Below are positions 28,726 through 36,964 of a DNA stretch of 64,000 bases, one piece after another; within the stretch, counting starts at the first letter, position 1, and each line of letters opens with the position of its first letter. The notes beneath the pieces were generated by a model. It was given only the letters and a program-made list of their open reading frames with translations, was not told where the DNA came from and searched no databases. The DNA is from an uncultured Fibrobacteraceae bacterium (GTDB lineage Bacteria > Krumholzibacteriota > Krumholzibacteriia > LZORAL124-64-63). The stretch lies in contig CAYQTJ010000004.1 in assembly GCA_964420395.1 (NCBI GenBank), positions 2,506 to 66,505 on the forward strand. The letters run 5' to 3'. The position numbers and the translations under genes are program-made.

Positions 28726-28856
28726 CCCGGCGGCGGGCCGACGTCACGCCGCCGGTTGACGGCGCGGCGCCCGCTCCTTAGCATCACGGTCCGGCCCGCG
28801 GCCCCTCCCAGCCGGAGGGGCCGCGGCTTTGGCGGCTCCGGACGGCGGGAGAGGGC

Positions 28857-30476
28857 ATGGGCGGACGACGGGCCACGTCGCTGGCGCTGGGGGTGGCGCT
28901 GGCCGCGCTGGCCGCGCTGGGGGGCGGCGGCTGCGGTGGCGGGGGGGGCGCGGGGCCGCGCGCCGGCGGCACCGCCATCCTCGCCCTGGCGGCCGAGCCC
29001 GATCTCCTCAATCCGCTGCTCACCGGCTCCGCCTACGCGACGCAGCTGCTGGGGCTGATGCAGGACGGGCTGATCGAGATGGACGAGGACCTCGAGTTCC
29101 GTCCCCGCATCGCCAGCGGCTGGACGTTCGCTCCGGACAGCCTCTCCGTGACTTTCCGGCTGCGACCCTGGGTCTGGTCCGACGGCGAGCCGCTGACCGC
29201 GCGCGACGTGGCGGCGAGCTTCGCCCTGCTGACCGATCCGGTCATCGCCAGCCCGCGTCGCGGGGGGCTGGCGAACGTCACCGCGGTGACGGCGCTGGAT
29301 CCGGCCACGGTGCGCTACGACTTCCGGAGCCGCCGCCCGCGAACGGAGGCGCTGTTCGCCGCGGCGCACGCGCTGCTGCCGGCGCACCGGACCGCCACGC
29401 TGGAGCCTGCCCGGGTGCGGGAGTGGCCGCTCAATCAGCAACCGCTCTCCTCCGGTCCGTACCGGCTCGAGAGCTGGCAGCGCAACCGCCAGGTGGTGCT
29501 GACGCGCAACGAACGCTATCCCGGACCGCGGCCGCGGCTCGATCGACTCGTCTTCCGGATCATTCCGGACGAGACGTCGCGGCTGATCGAGTTGGAAACG
29601 GGCGGCGTCGATTTCGTGGACGAGATCCCGCCGCAGGCGGCCCGCGCCCTGGCGGCCTCGGGCCGGGCTACGGTGCTGCGGGTTGGCGGCCGGCTGGTGG
29701 GGCAGGTGCAGTGGAACCTGCGCAGTCCCCTGCTGGCCGACCGCGCGGTCCGCCGCGCCCTCTCGTTCGCCATCGATCGCGCGGCGTTCATCGACGGCCT
29801 GCTGTGCGGTTACGGGGCGCCGGCGGCGAGCCCCATCCCGCCCTGCCTCTGGGCCCACGACGCCTCGCTGCTGCCCGACCGCCACGAGCCGCAGCGGGCG
29901 CGTGACCTGCTCGACTCCGCCGGCTGGCGCGACAGCGACGGGGACGGCGTGCGCGAGCGGGATGGCCGCCGCCTGTCGCTGCTGCTGATCACCCGCAAGG
30001 GCGACCCGGTGCGGGAGGACGGCGCGGCGCTGATCGCGGCGAACCTGCGGTCGGTGGGGGTGGAGGTGCGCCCGCGGATCCTCGAATTCGGGGCGGCGCT
30101 CGACGAGGTGCGGCAGGGCCGCTTCGACGGCTACCTCGGCTATTTCCAGCCGCGGCTGGTGCCCGATCCCTCGGCCCAGTTGCGCTCCGACGCCACGGAC
30201 CGCTTCAACTACGGCAGCTACGCGAGCGCCGCCGTCGATTCCCTGCTCGACGCCGCGCTCGCCTGCCCCGACCGGGCCCGCGCCGCACCGCTCTGGCACC
30301 GCCTGCAGCGGATCGTGGCGGAGGACGCGCCGTTCGCCTTCCTCTTCTACCCGGAAACGCTCTGCGGCGTCGGCCCGCGCCTGCGGGGGGTGCGCCCGCA
30401 CGTGCTGTCGCCGTTCAACAACGTGGGCGAATGGTGGATCGGCTCGCCGGACCGCGAGGCGAAGGCCGGGCATTGA
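28857..30476 (+). CDS. ABC transporter substrate-binding lipoprotein, family 5 (peptide/nickel/opine-type, DppA/OppA-like)
   Basis: Lipobox (AALGGGGC). SBP_bac_5 hallmarks are present: ILALAAEPDLLNP...GLIEMDEDLEFRPRIASGWTF..D...TFRLRP.V.WSDGEPLTARDV. No permease or ATPase genes are adjacent. Confidence 0.8.
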   Translation: MGGRRATSLALGVALAALAALGGGGCGGGGGAGPRAGGTAILALAAEPDLLNPLLTGSAYATQLLGLMQDGLIEMDEDLEFRPRIASGWTFAPDSLSVTFRLRPWVWSDGEPLTARDVAASFALLTDPVIASPRRGGLANVTAVTALDPATVRYDFRSRRPRTEALFAAAHALLPAHRTATLEPARVREWPLNQQPLSSGPYRLESWQRNRQVVLTRNERYPGPRPRLDRLVFRIIPDETSRLIELETGGVDFVDEIPPQAARALAASGRATVLRVGGRLVGQVQWNLRSPLLADRAVRRALSFAIDRAAFIDGLLCGYGAPAASPIPPCLWAHDASLLPDRHEPQRARDLLDSAGWRDSDGDGVRERDGRRLSLLLITRKGDPVREDGAALIAANLRSVGVEVRPRILEFGAALDEVRQGRFDGYLGYFQPRLVPDPSAQLRSDATDRFNYGSYASAAVDSLLDAALACPDRARAAPLWHRLQRIVAEDAPFAFLFYPETLCGVGPRLRGVRPHVLSPFNNVGEWWIGSPDREAKAGH

Positions 30477-30516
30477 ACCACTTGGCCCCGGGACCGATTC
30501 TCCGTATCCTGTAGAC

Positions 30517-32157
30517 ATGAAAGCAAGCGTGCCGATCCGGACCGCGGTCGCCCTGGCGGGCCTGCTCGCGGCGGCCGGCTGCGGCGATTCGCCGACGCCC
30601 CCGCCACCCCCGCCGGCGGGCTATGTCTTCACCCCCGCGGGCGACGACGTGACCGTGCTGTACGAGGGGCAGGTCGACTTCTCGGTGCGCACGGCGGCGG
30701 GGGGCGAGGTGGCGGCCGTCTTCCGGCGGGGGGACACGGTCCTCGCCACCGGCAGTTCCTACGCCTACGCCGGGACACGGGCCGGGCGGGACTCGCTGCG
30801 GGCCGAGGTGCCGGGGGCGCCGGCCGGCGTGAAGGACTGGCGGATCTGGGTGGAGAGCGGGTACGGCGACCGCCCCGCGCCGGTGCTCGCGTTGACGGCG
30901 GTGATCGGCGCGCGGCCGGGAACGCTGCGCGTGAACTGGCTGCGCGCCGCGCCCGAGCTCAACCCGCTGCCGGTCGCCCGCTACCTGGTGGGGCTGGGTC
31001 GGGACGGGCCGTTGACCGAGCTGAACTGGGACGTGGCGGAGCTGCTGGAAGAGGTGCCGAGCCTCGAAGCGACGGTCGGGTACGGGCGCGACTATGCCGG
31101 ACTGGCCGGCGGCGACACGGTCTGGGTGGGGGTGCGCGCCGAGGACGAGGCCGGCCGCCTCTCGCCGCTGGGGCCGGTGCCCCGGGTCCGGGTGGCGGGG
31201 GCGTACCGCATCGTCGGGACGGCCATCGGGATCGCGGGCGAGCCGCTCGTGGGAATCCTCGCCAGCGTTGGCGAGGCGCCGGAACTGCGGGCCATCACCG
31301 CGGACGGCGGCGGCTTCGACCTGCCGCGGCCGGCGCTCGTGCCCGAGGGCTTCCGGGACATCGACCGGTACGTGCTGTCGGTGCGCGACGAGACCGGCCC
31401 GGACATCGGCACGTACTACGACGTCCGGACCGACACGCTGTCGGCCGCCGATTCCTACCCGCGACCGATCACGCTGGTCGCCGCGCGGACCGCGCAGGGC
31501 GATCCACTCCTCGACCCGGACTGCGCCGCGCTGGTCTACCAGGGGGAGTTCCTCACCTTCCTGAAGCGGATGACCTTCACGGGCATGGGCGGGAACACCC
31601 GGCTCTATCGCTGGGGCCACTATCCGATCACCTACTGGGTGCAGCCGACGGGCGACTGGACGGCCCCGGGCGGCTTCGAGATGGGCCCGCTCGCGCGGGC
31701 CGCCGCCGCCGCCTGGAACGCCCGGCTCGGGGGGACCTTCTTCACGGAATCGGCGGACAGCGTCGCGGCGGACCTGAAGGTTGTCTTCAAGTCCCTCGGC
31801 GGCACGATCTACGGACTCACGGAGATCGTGGCGCCGTACTACGCGGCAATCAACACCATCGTGCCGACCAAGATGAAGATCACGCTGTCGCGCGAATTCA
31901 CGCGCCTGGCCTATGCGCAGGGGGTGGTGCTGCACGAGTTCGGCCACGCGCTCTGCATCGGCAACCACAGCGAATGCCCCGGCTACATGCACATCATGAG
32001 AATCGGCGCGCACGACGTGCCGCTCAGCCCCGAAATCCCGGGCGTCGATACGCAGGGCGAGATGGAGGCGGCCATCAGCGACGACGAGGTGCGCCTCGTG
32101 CACTACATCCGCAATCTCCCGCAGGGCGTCAACATGAATCAATATTTGCTTGACTGA
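30517..32157 (+). CDS. lipoprotein with C-terminal zincin-like HExxH motif (putative secreted metallopeptidase)
   Basis: Lipobox (LLAAAGC), Pro-rich linker (PTPPPPPPAGY), and HEFGHALCIGNHSECPGYMHIM near the C-terminus. Confidence 0.5.
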   Translation: MKASVPIRTAVALAGLLAAAGCGDSPTPPPPPPAGYVFTPAGDDVTVLYEGQVDFSVRTAAGGEVAAVFRRGDTVLATGSSYAYAGTRAGRDSLRAEVPGAPAGVKDWRIWVESGYGDRPAPVLALTAVIGARPGTLRVNWLRAAPELNPLPVARYLVGLGRDGPLTELNWDVAELLEEVPSLEATVGYGRDYAGLAGGDTVWVGVRAEDEAGRLSPLGPVPRVRVAGAYRIVGTAIGIAGEPLVGILASVGEAPELRAITADGGGFDLPRPALVPEGFRDIDRYVLSVRDETGPDIGTYYDVRTDTLSAADSYPRPITLVAARTAQGDPLLDPDCAALVYQGEFLTFLKRMTFTGMGGNTRLYRWGHYPITYWVQPTGDWTAPGGFEMGPLARAAAAAWNARLGGTFFTESADSVAADLKVVFKSLGGTIYGLTEIVAPYYAAINTIVPTKMKITLSREFTRLAYAQGVVLHEFGHALCIGNHSECPGYMHIMRIGAHDVPLSPEIPGVDTQGEMEAAISDDEVRLVHYIRNLPQGVNMNQYLLD

Positions 32158-32195
32158 ATTCCCCCTCCGCCCGAGCATTCCGACATTACACCAGC

Positions 32196-32226
32196 GACGC
32201 GACCGGTAATAATCGTCGGGCGCGTC
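32196..32226. terminator. possible stem-loop between convergent genes (GACGCGaCCGG taataat CGTCGGGCGCGTC)
   Basis: Imperfect inverted repeat around the only AT-rich heptamer in the 87-bp convergent intergenic region. Confidence 0.2.
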
Positions 32227-32244
32227 CGGCGATGGGCGGCGCCG

Positions 32245-32589
32245 TCAGCCGGGGGGCCAGCCGAGACGACGTCCGGCCAGCAGATGCAGGTGCAGGTGGG
32301 GCACGGTCTGACCCGCCGCTTCGCCGCAGTTGATGACCAGCCTGTAGCCCGCGGACTCCAGCCCGAGTTCGCGGGCCAGGCGCGCGGCCGTCGTGGCGAG
32401 TCGCCCGAGCAGCCCGGCGTCGTCGTCGGCGAGGTCGGCCAGGGAGGCGACGTGCCGGCGCGGGATCAGCAGGAGGTGCGTCGGCGCCTGCGGGTTGACG
32501 TCGTGGAAGGCCACGACCGCCTCGTCGCTGTAGGCCTGCCGGCTCGGGATGCGTCCGGCGGCGATCTCGCAGAACAGGCACTTTTCCAT
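32245..32589 (-). CDS. HIT-family (histidine triad) nucleotide hydrolase
   Basis: MEKCLFCEIAAGRIPS...AFHDVNPQAPTHLLLIPRRHV...VPHLHLHLLAG. The HxHxHxx triad is intact. The 15-aa N-terminal extension of the long ORF was discarded. Confidence 0.85.
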   Translation of the reverse strand: MEKCLFCEIAAGRIPSRQAYSDEAVVAFHDVNPQAPTHLLLIPRRHVASLADLADDDAGLLGRLATTAARLARELGLESAGYRLVINCGEAAGQTVPHLHLHLLAGRRLGWPPG

Positions 32590-32682
32590 CGGATGCCTCC
32601 CGGCGGCCGCCGGCGTTTCCGGCAGCGCGGCCACGGAGGCAGCCTACCACGCCGCCGCCGCGGGCGGCAACGGGGAGTGGGC

Positions 32683-33618
32683 ATGCCATCGCTGCTGGTG
32701 GTCGGCTACAACGCCTGGGATCTGCTGGCGCCGCTGCCGGCTCCCATCCCCCGCGACGCCAAGCTCGAAACGCCGGGCCTGACCATGGGGGGGGGAGGGC
32801 CGGCGGCCACCGCCGCGGTGGCGCTGGCGCGGCTCGGCGCGCGGGTCCGCCTGGTCACGCCGCTGGCGGACGATCTCGCGGGGCGGCTGCAGCGGCAGGA
32901 ACTGGTCTCCGCCGGGGTGGACCTGGCCCTCTCGCCGGCGCGTCCCGGCGGCGCCTCGCCCCTGGCCGTCAGCCTGATCGACGCCGACGGCTCGCGCGCG
33001 ATCCTCTGGCGCCGGGGCGATCTCGAACCGCTCGCGGCGTCGGAAGTCGCGGCGGACTGGCTGGACGGCACGGACGCGCTGCTGTGCGACAGCCACGAAC
33101 CGGTCGCCGCCGGGGCGCTGGCGCGGGCGGCGCGCGCCCGCGGCGTGCCGGTGGTGCTGGACGGTGGCAGCGTGCGCCCCGGGCTGGCCGAACTCGTGGC
33201 GCTGTGCGACGACGTGATCGGCTCCGCCGCCTTCGCGACGTCCCTGACCGGCGAGCCCGACCCGGGAGAGGCGCTGCGGGCGCTGGCTCGCCGCGGTCCC
33301 GGCCGCGTGGCCGCCACTTTCGGACCGGCCGGCTGCCTGCGGCTGGCCGACGGCCAACTGGCGCACCGGCCGGCCTTCGCCGTCCCGGTGGTCGATACGA
33401 CCGGTGCGGGCGATGCCTTCCACGCCGGCTACGCCTTCGCGCGCAGCCTCGGCCGCGACTTCGATGGCTGCCTCGCCTGGGGCGCCGCCGTGGCGGCGCT
33501 CGGCTGCCGCGCGCTCGGCGGCCGGGCGGGGCTTCCTGACCGGGCGGAGGCGGAGGCGCTGCTGCGGCACGGGCGGTTCCGGGCGGAGCGGCCGGTCTGG
33601 CGCGGGCGGCCCGACTGA
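32683..33618 (+). CDS. PfkB-family carbohydrate/nucleoside kinase (ribokinase-like)
   Basis: Internal ATG at 32683. GGGGPAATAAVALARLGARV matches the N-terminal GG motif. VVDTTGAGDAFHAGYAFA matches the C-terminal PfkB anion-hole/DTxGAGD motif. Confidence 0.8.
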   Translation: MPSLLVVGYNAWDLLAPLPAPIPRDAKLETPGLTMGGGGPAATAAVALARLGARVRLVTPLADDLAGRLQRQELVSAGVDLALSPARPGGASPLAVSLIDADGSRAILWRRGDLEPLAASEVAADWLDGTDALLCDSHEPVAAGALARAARARGVPVVLDGGSVRPGLAELVALCDDVIGSAAFATSLTGEPDPGEALRALARRGPGRVAATFGPAGCLRLADGQLAHRPAFAVPVVDTTGAGDAFHAGYAFARSLGRDFDGCLAWGAAVAALGCRALGGRAGLPDRAEAEALLRHGRFRAERPVWRGRPD

Positions 33619-33718
33619 GGCGCCGATCGGGGCTGGACTTTCGTCTATGTTTCGCCTATCATGAGCTGCAGGGCGCGGCGAGCCGCCGCGCCGCAACGCG
33701 TCGACCGGAGGCCGGAGC

Positions 33719-34321
33719 ATGGGACTGACGCCGCGCCAGGCGGAGATCCTGACCTTCATCGAGGACTACACCCGCCGCCACGGCTACGCGCCGACGCTCG
33801 TGGAGATCGCGCAGCGCCTGTCGCTCTCGTCCGTGGCCACCGTGCACAAGCATGTCAGCCGGCTGGTGGAGCAGGGACGCCTGCGACACGGACGGCACGC
33901 GCGACGGGAGCTCGAGGTGGTGGCCCTCCCCGGCGTCCGCGCCGCCCGGACCGTGCCGCTGCTCGGCGCCGTGGCGGCGGGCCGTCCCATCGAGCCGCTG
34001 CCGGAGACGGAGCAGCTCGAACTTCCGGAGGGCTGGCTCGGCCGCGCCCGCACCTACGCGCTGCGCGTGCGGGGCGATTCGATGATCGAAGAGCAGATCC
34101 GCGACGGCGACGTCGTCATCGTCGAGGAGCGCGAAACCGCGCGCAACGGGGAGACGGTCATTGCGCTCGTGGACGGCGAAGGGGTCACGGTGAAGCGGTA
34201 CCGGCGCGACGGCGGCCTGATCCGACTCGAACCGGCCAACCACGAGCTCTCCCCGCTCGTGCTGCCGGAGGAGCGGGTGCGTGTGCAGGGCGTCGTCATC
34301 GGCGTGCTCAGGCGCCTCTAG
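33719..34321 (+). CDS. lexA: LexA repressor (S24 peptidase, SOS regulator)
   Basis: N-terminal wHTH (LTPRQAEILTFIEDYTRRHGYAPTLVEIAQRL). Cleavage and catalytic region (...VRGDSMIEEQIRDGDVVIVEE..NGETVIALVDGEGVTVKRY). The Ser/Lys dyad context is conserved. Confidence 0.9.
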   Translation: MGLTPRQAEILTFIEDYTRRHGYAPTLVEIAQRLSLSSVATVHKHVSRLVEQGRLRHGRHARRELEVVALPGVRAARTVPLLGAVAAGRPIEPLPETEQLELPEGWLGRARTYALRVRGDSMIEEQIRDGDVVIVEERETARNGETVIALVDGEGVTVKRYRRDGGLIRLEPANHELSPLVLPEERVRVQGVVIGVLRRL

Positions 34322-35354
34322 CGGCGGGGGGCGGGAGCGCCCGCCGCGCTGCCTGCTCCACCTGCGTCCCCGCGATCCCGCCTGGGGGCGCTCCGCGGTG
34401 GCGTTCCACTGCGACCGCTGGGCGCCCGCCTGGGAGGCGGCCGACGGCGGCGTCCACCTCGACCTGACCGGCACCGGCCGGCTGTACGGCCGTGGCGCGG
34501 ATGGCCCGGTGCGTCTCTGCCGCGAGGCGGTCCGCGTCTGGGGGCCGCTGGCGGCGGGCGCCGCCCCCTCGCGCCTGGCCGCCGCGCTCGCCTCGCGCTG
34601 CGTGGCGGGCGAGGCGGGCGCCGGCGCGCTCCTGTACCTCCCCCCGACCGGCGTGCCCGGCTTCCTCGCCCCCTATCCGCTGAGCGTGCTGGGCGTTCGC
34701 CATGCCGCAGCCGTGACCCTGCTGACGGGGCGGGGCGTGCGGACGCTGGGGGACCTGCAGGCACTGCCGCCGGCGCTGCTGGCCGGTCTGCTCGGAGCGG
34801 AGGGAGCCTGGATCGCCGCGACCGCGGCGGGGGACGACGCGGCGCCGCTGGGCCGGGAGCGCCCCGCCGGCCGGCCGGTGGTGGCGGTCCGTCTGGCGCG
34901 GCCGCTGACCGGCGGCGAGGGGACGACGGCGCTGCTGCAGGCGGTGGCGGCGCGCGCCCTGCTGGGCTCGCCCGAAGGACCGTCCGGGCGCGCGTCCTGG
35001 ACCCTGCGGGTGCGCCGGGACGGGGCCTGGGAGCAGAGCGCGCTGGCCGGGGCACCCCTGCCCGACACCCTCGCCGGCTGGCGACGACTGCTGTCGCTGC
35101 TGTGGCGTCGGCTGCCGTCGCGCCGCGCCGGCGTGACCGCGCTGACGCTGTTGCCGGGACCGCGGTGCGTGGCGCCGGGCGGGACACAGGGGGACTGCTT
35201 CGCTTCCGGCGCCGATGGCCGGCTCACCAGGGGGTGGCGCCGCGTCGGCGCACCGCGGGCGCTCCACCCGGCCGCCGAGGAGTCGCTGCGGCGGTGGGGC
35301 GCCGTCTGGGACGAGGGGGAGGGGCCGCGGGGCGGGGGTTCCCCGTCCGGTTAG
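34281..35354 (+). CDS. ImuB-like Y-family DNA polymerase homolog (catalytically degenerate; SOS mutagenesis cassette component)
   Basis: Non-ATG start overlaps the lexA 3' end; the true start is uncertain. VHLDLTGTGRLYG matches the Y-family LDVTGS.RLFG motif. GVRTLGDLQALPPALLAGLLGAEGAWIAATAAGDDAAPL matches the HhH/little-finger linker region. The N-terminal DxD/FFA/VE catalytic motif is absent, as in ImuB. Confidence 0.55.
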   Translation: MCRASSSACSGASSGGGRERPPRCLLHLRPRDPAWGRSAVAFHCDRWAPAWEAADGGVHLDLTGTGRLYGRGADGPVRLCREAVRVWGPLAAGAAPSRLAAALASRCVAGEAGAGALLYLPPTGVPGFLAPYPLSVLGVRHAAAVTLLTGRGVRTLGDLQALPPALLAGLLGAEGAWIAATAAGDDAAPLGRERPAGRPVVAVRLARPLTGGEGTTALLQAVAARALLGSPEGPSGRASWTLRVRRDGAWEQSALAGAPLPDTLAGWRRLLSLLWRRLPSRRAGVTALTLLPGPRCVAPGGTQGDCFASGADGRLTRGWRRVGAPRALHPAAEESLRRWGAVWDEGEGPRGGGSPSG

Positions 35355-36352
35355 AAGAGCGTGGGTGCGGCATCGCCGCCACCGCGCCGGCCCGCCGCGC
35401 GGGGGGCGGCAGCCGGTAGGTCGGGAAACGGCCGGAGCTGCCGGGGATAGGCGGCGCGCAGCCCGGCCGGCACGGCGGGCGACAGGCCGCTCCAGAGCCG
35501 CTGCAACTGCAGCGCGTTCACCACGGCCTGTCCCCGGAAGTGGTTGTTCGCGATCACGTGGATCGCCGCGCCGGCCGGCAGGCGCGCGGCGGCCGCGCTC
35601 AACCGGGCCAGCAGGCCGCTCAACTCGGCGTCATCGTAGAGGTAGTCGTAGCGCGCATCGCGACCGGCGTCCGGGGCGAACCACGCGGCGCTGTTGCGGC
35701 CGTGCAGACGGACGTAGAGCGGTGCCGTCGCCCCGGGCGGTGGGGGCGGCCCTCCGAGCGCCGCCGCCAGGGCGTCGTCGGTCGACAGGTTGCCGCGCAG
35801 CGGCGGCTGGTCGCAGACGACGGGCCGGATGGGTGGCGAGGCGCCCCAGGCGGCGTGCCGCACCTCGATGGCGAGCGGCCAGCCGGCGTCGGCGGCGGCG
35901 CGCGCCAGTTCGGACAGCCGCTGCGCCCCGGCGGGCGAGGCGCGCAGCGACCAGGGGAACTGCAGCAACAGCGCCCCGAGGCGGCCGGCGTCGCGCGCCG
36001 GCCGGAAGGGGCCGGTCGCGTCGAGCAGGGCGTGCGGCGACGGCGGGGCACCGCCGTGGCTGAGTCGGCGGTGCAGCTTGAAGTTCCAGCGGAAGTCGGG
36101 ACGGCTCTCCACCCGGCGGCACCAGGACTCGACCTGGCGCGCCGACACGTCGCGGTAGAACGTGGCGTTGACCTCGACGGTGGCGAACAGCGTCGCCAGC
36201 AGGTCGAGCGGGTGGAAGCCGCGCGGACGTGGCCGGGGATAGACGATCCCCTCCCAGTCGGCATAGCTCCAGCCGGCGGGCCCGAAGCGGACCTCCGGTC
36301 CGGGCGCGGTCTTTCCCCCGGCCGGGCCGGGAGCCTCAGGCGCAACGTGCAT
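35351..36352 (-). CDS. DUF72 (YecE/UPF0759) family protein
   Basis: VRFGPAGWSYADWEGIVYP...TVEVNATFYR is the diagnostic DUF72 N-terminal signature. Confidence 0.75.
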   Translation of the reverse strand: MHVAPEAPGPAGGKTAPGPEVRFGPAGWSYADWEGIVYPRPRPRGFHPLDLLATLFATVEVNATFYRDVSARQVESWCRRVESRPDFRWNFKLHRRLSHGGAPPSPHALLDATGPFRPARDAGRLGALLLQFPWSLRASPAGAQRLSELARAAADAGWPLAIEVRHAAWGASPPIRPVVCDQPPLRGNLSTDDALAAALGGPPPPPGATAPLYVRLHGRNSAAWFAPDAGRDARYDYLYDDAELSGLLARLSAAAARLPAGAAIHVIANNHFRGQAVVNALQLQRLWSGLSPAVPAGLRAAYPRQLRPFPDLPAAAPRAAGRRGGGDAAPTLF

Positions 36353-36441
36353 CGCGACCCCCGCCGCGCCCCGGGCGGGGGCGGCGCGCGATTGTAGGCC
36401 GGACGGGCCCGGCGGGCAATGCCGTGGCGGCGCGGTCGCGG

Positions 36442-36470
36442 TTGACGCTGTGCCCGCGCCCCGTTAACAT
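36442..36470 (+). promoter_or_regulatory. putative promoter upstream of hsp20-lon (-35 TTGACG, ~17-nt spacer, -10 TAACAT; overlaps CCCCGTTAACAT, weakly sigma32-like)
   Basis: Hexamers with good spacing, 12-40 nt upstream of the hsp20 start. No CIRCE or HAIR element was seen. Confidence 0.35.
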
Positions 36471-36481
36471 CCGATCGGCAA

Positions 36482-36964
36482 ATGTCTTGTCGCGGACCAG
36501 TCAGGGGGGACGCCATGGTCGGCGAGCGCGCGGGCAATCCCGAGGGCCGGGGAGGGGCGGAGGATGTCTTCGAAATCCTCGTCACCTCGTTCTCCGGGCA
36601 GGAGGGGGGCCTGCCGGGGGAGGGGGACCTGTCGTGGCGTCCGGCCACCGACGCCTACGAGACCGCGGAGGCGTTCGTCGTGCAGATGGACCTGGCGGGG
36701 CTCGAGCCGCGCGGCATCGAGGTGGCGCTGGACGGCGACTGCCTCGTGGTACGGGGCGTGAGGCGGGACATCGCGCCGCCCGGCAAGAAGCACTATTCCA
36801 AGATGGAGATCAGCGTGGGACCGTTCGAGCGCCGCATCGTGGTGCCGATCGAGATCGATCCGCAGGGGGCGGTCGCGCGCTACCGCAACGGATTCCTGTT
36901 CGTGGAGCTGCGCAAGGGCAAGCGACGCACCTTCACGCGAAGGCGGATCGATGTCGACGCGTGA
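36482..36964 (+). CDS. Hsp20/alpha-crystallin family small heat-shock protein
   Basis: WRPATDAYETAEAFVVQMDLAGLEPRGIEVALDGDCLVVRGVRR...GPFERRIVVPIEIDPQGAVARYRNGFLFVEL is a canonical ACD domain. An alternative start lies at ATG 36515. Confidence 0.85.
   Translation: MSCRGPVRGDAMVGERAGNPEGRGGAEDVFEILVTSFSGQEGGLPGEGDLSWRPATDAYETAEAFVVQMDLAGLEPRGIEVALDGDCLVVRGVRRDIAPPGKKHYSKMEISVGPFERRIVVPIEIDPQGAVARYRNGFLFVELRKGKRRTFTRRRIDVDA

Noticed and set aside
33619-33718. Candidate LexA operator upstream of lexA (TTTCGTCTATGTTTCGCCTATCATG).
   Set aside because: It contains direct TTTCG repeats but no convincing palindrome. It does not match the CTGT-N8-ACAG, GAAC-N4-GTTC or other known SOS-box classes. 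It is left unannotated pending comparative motif discovery.
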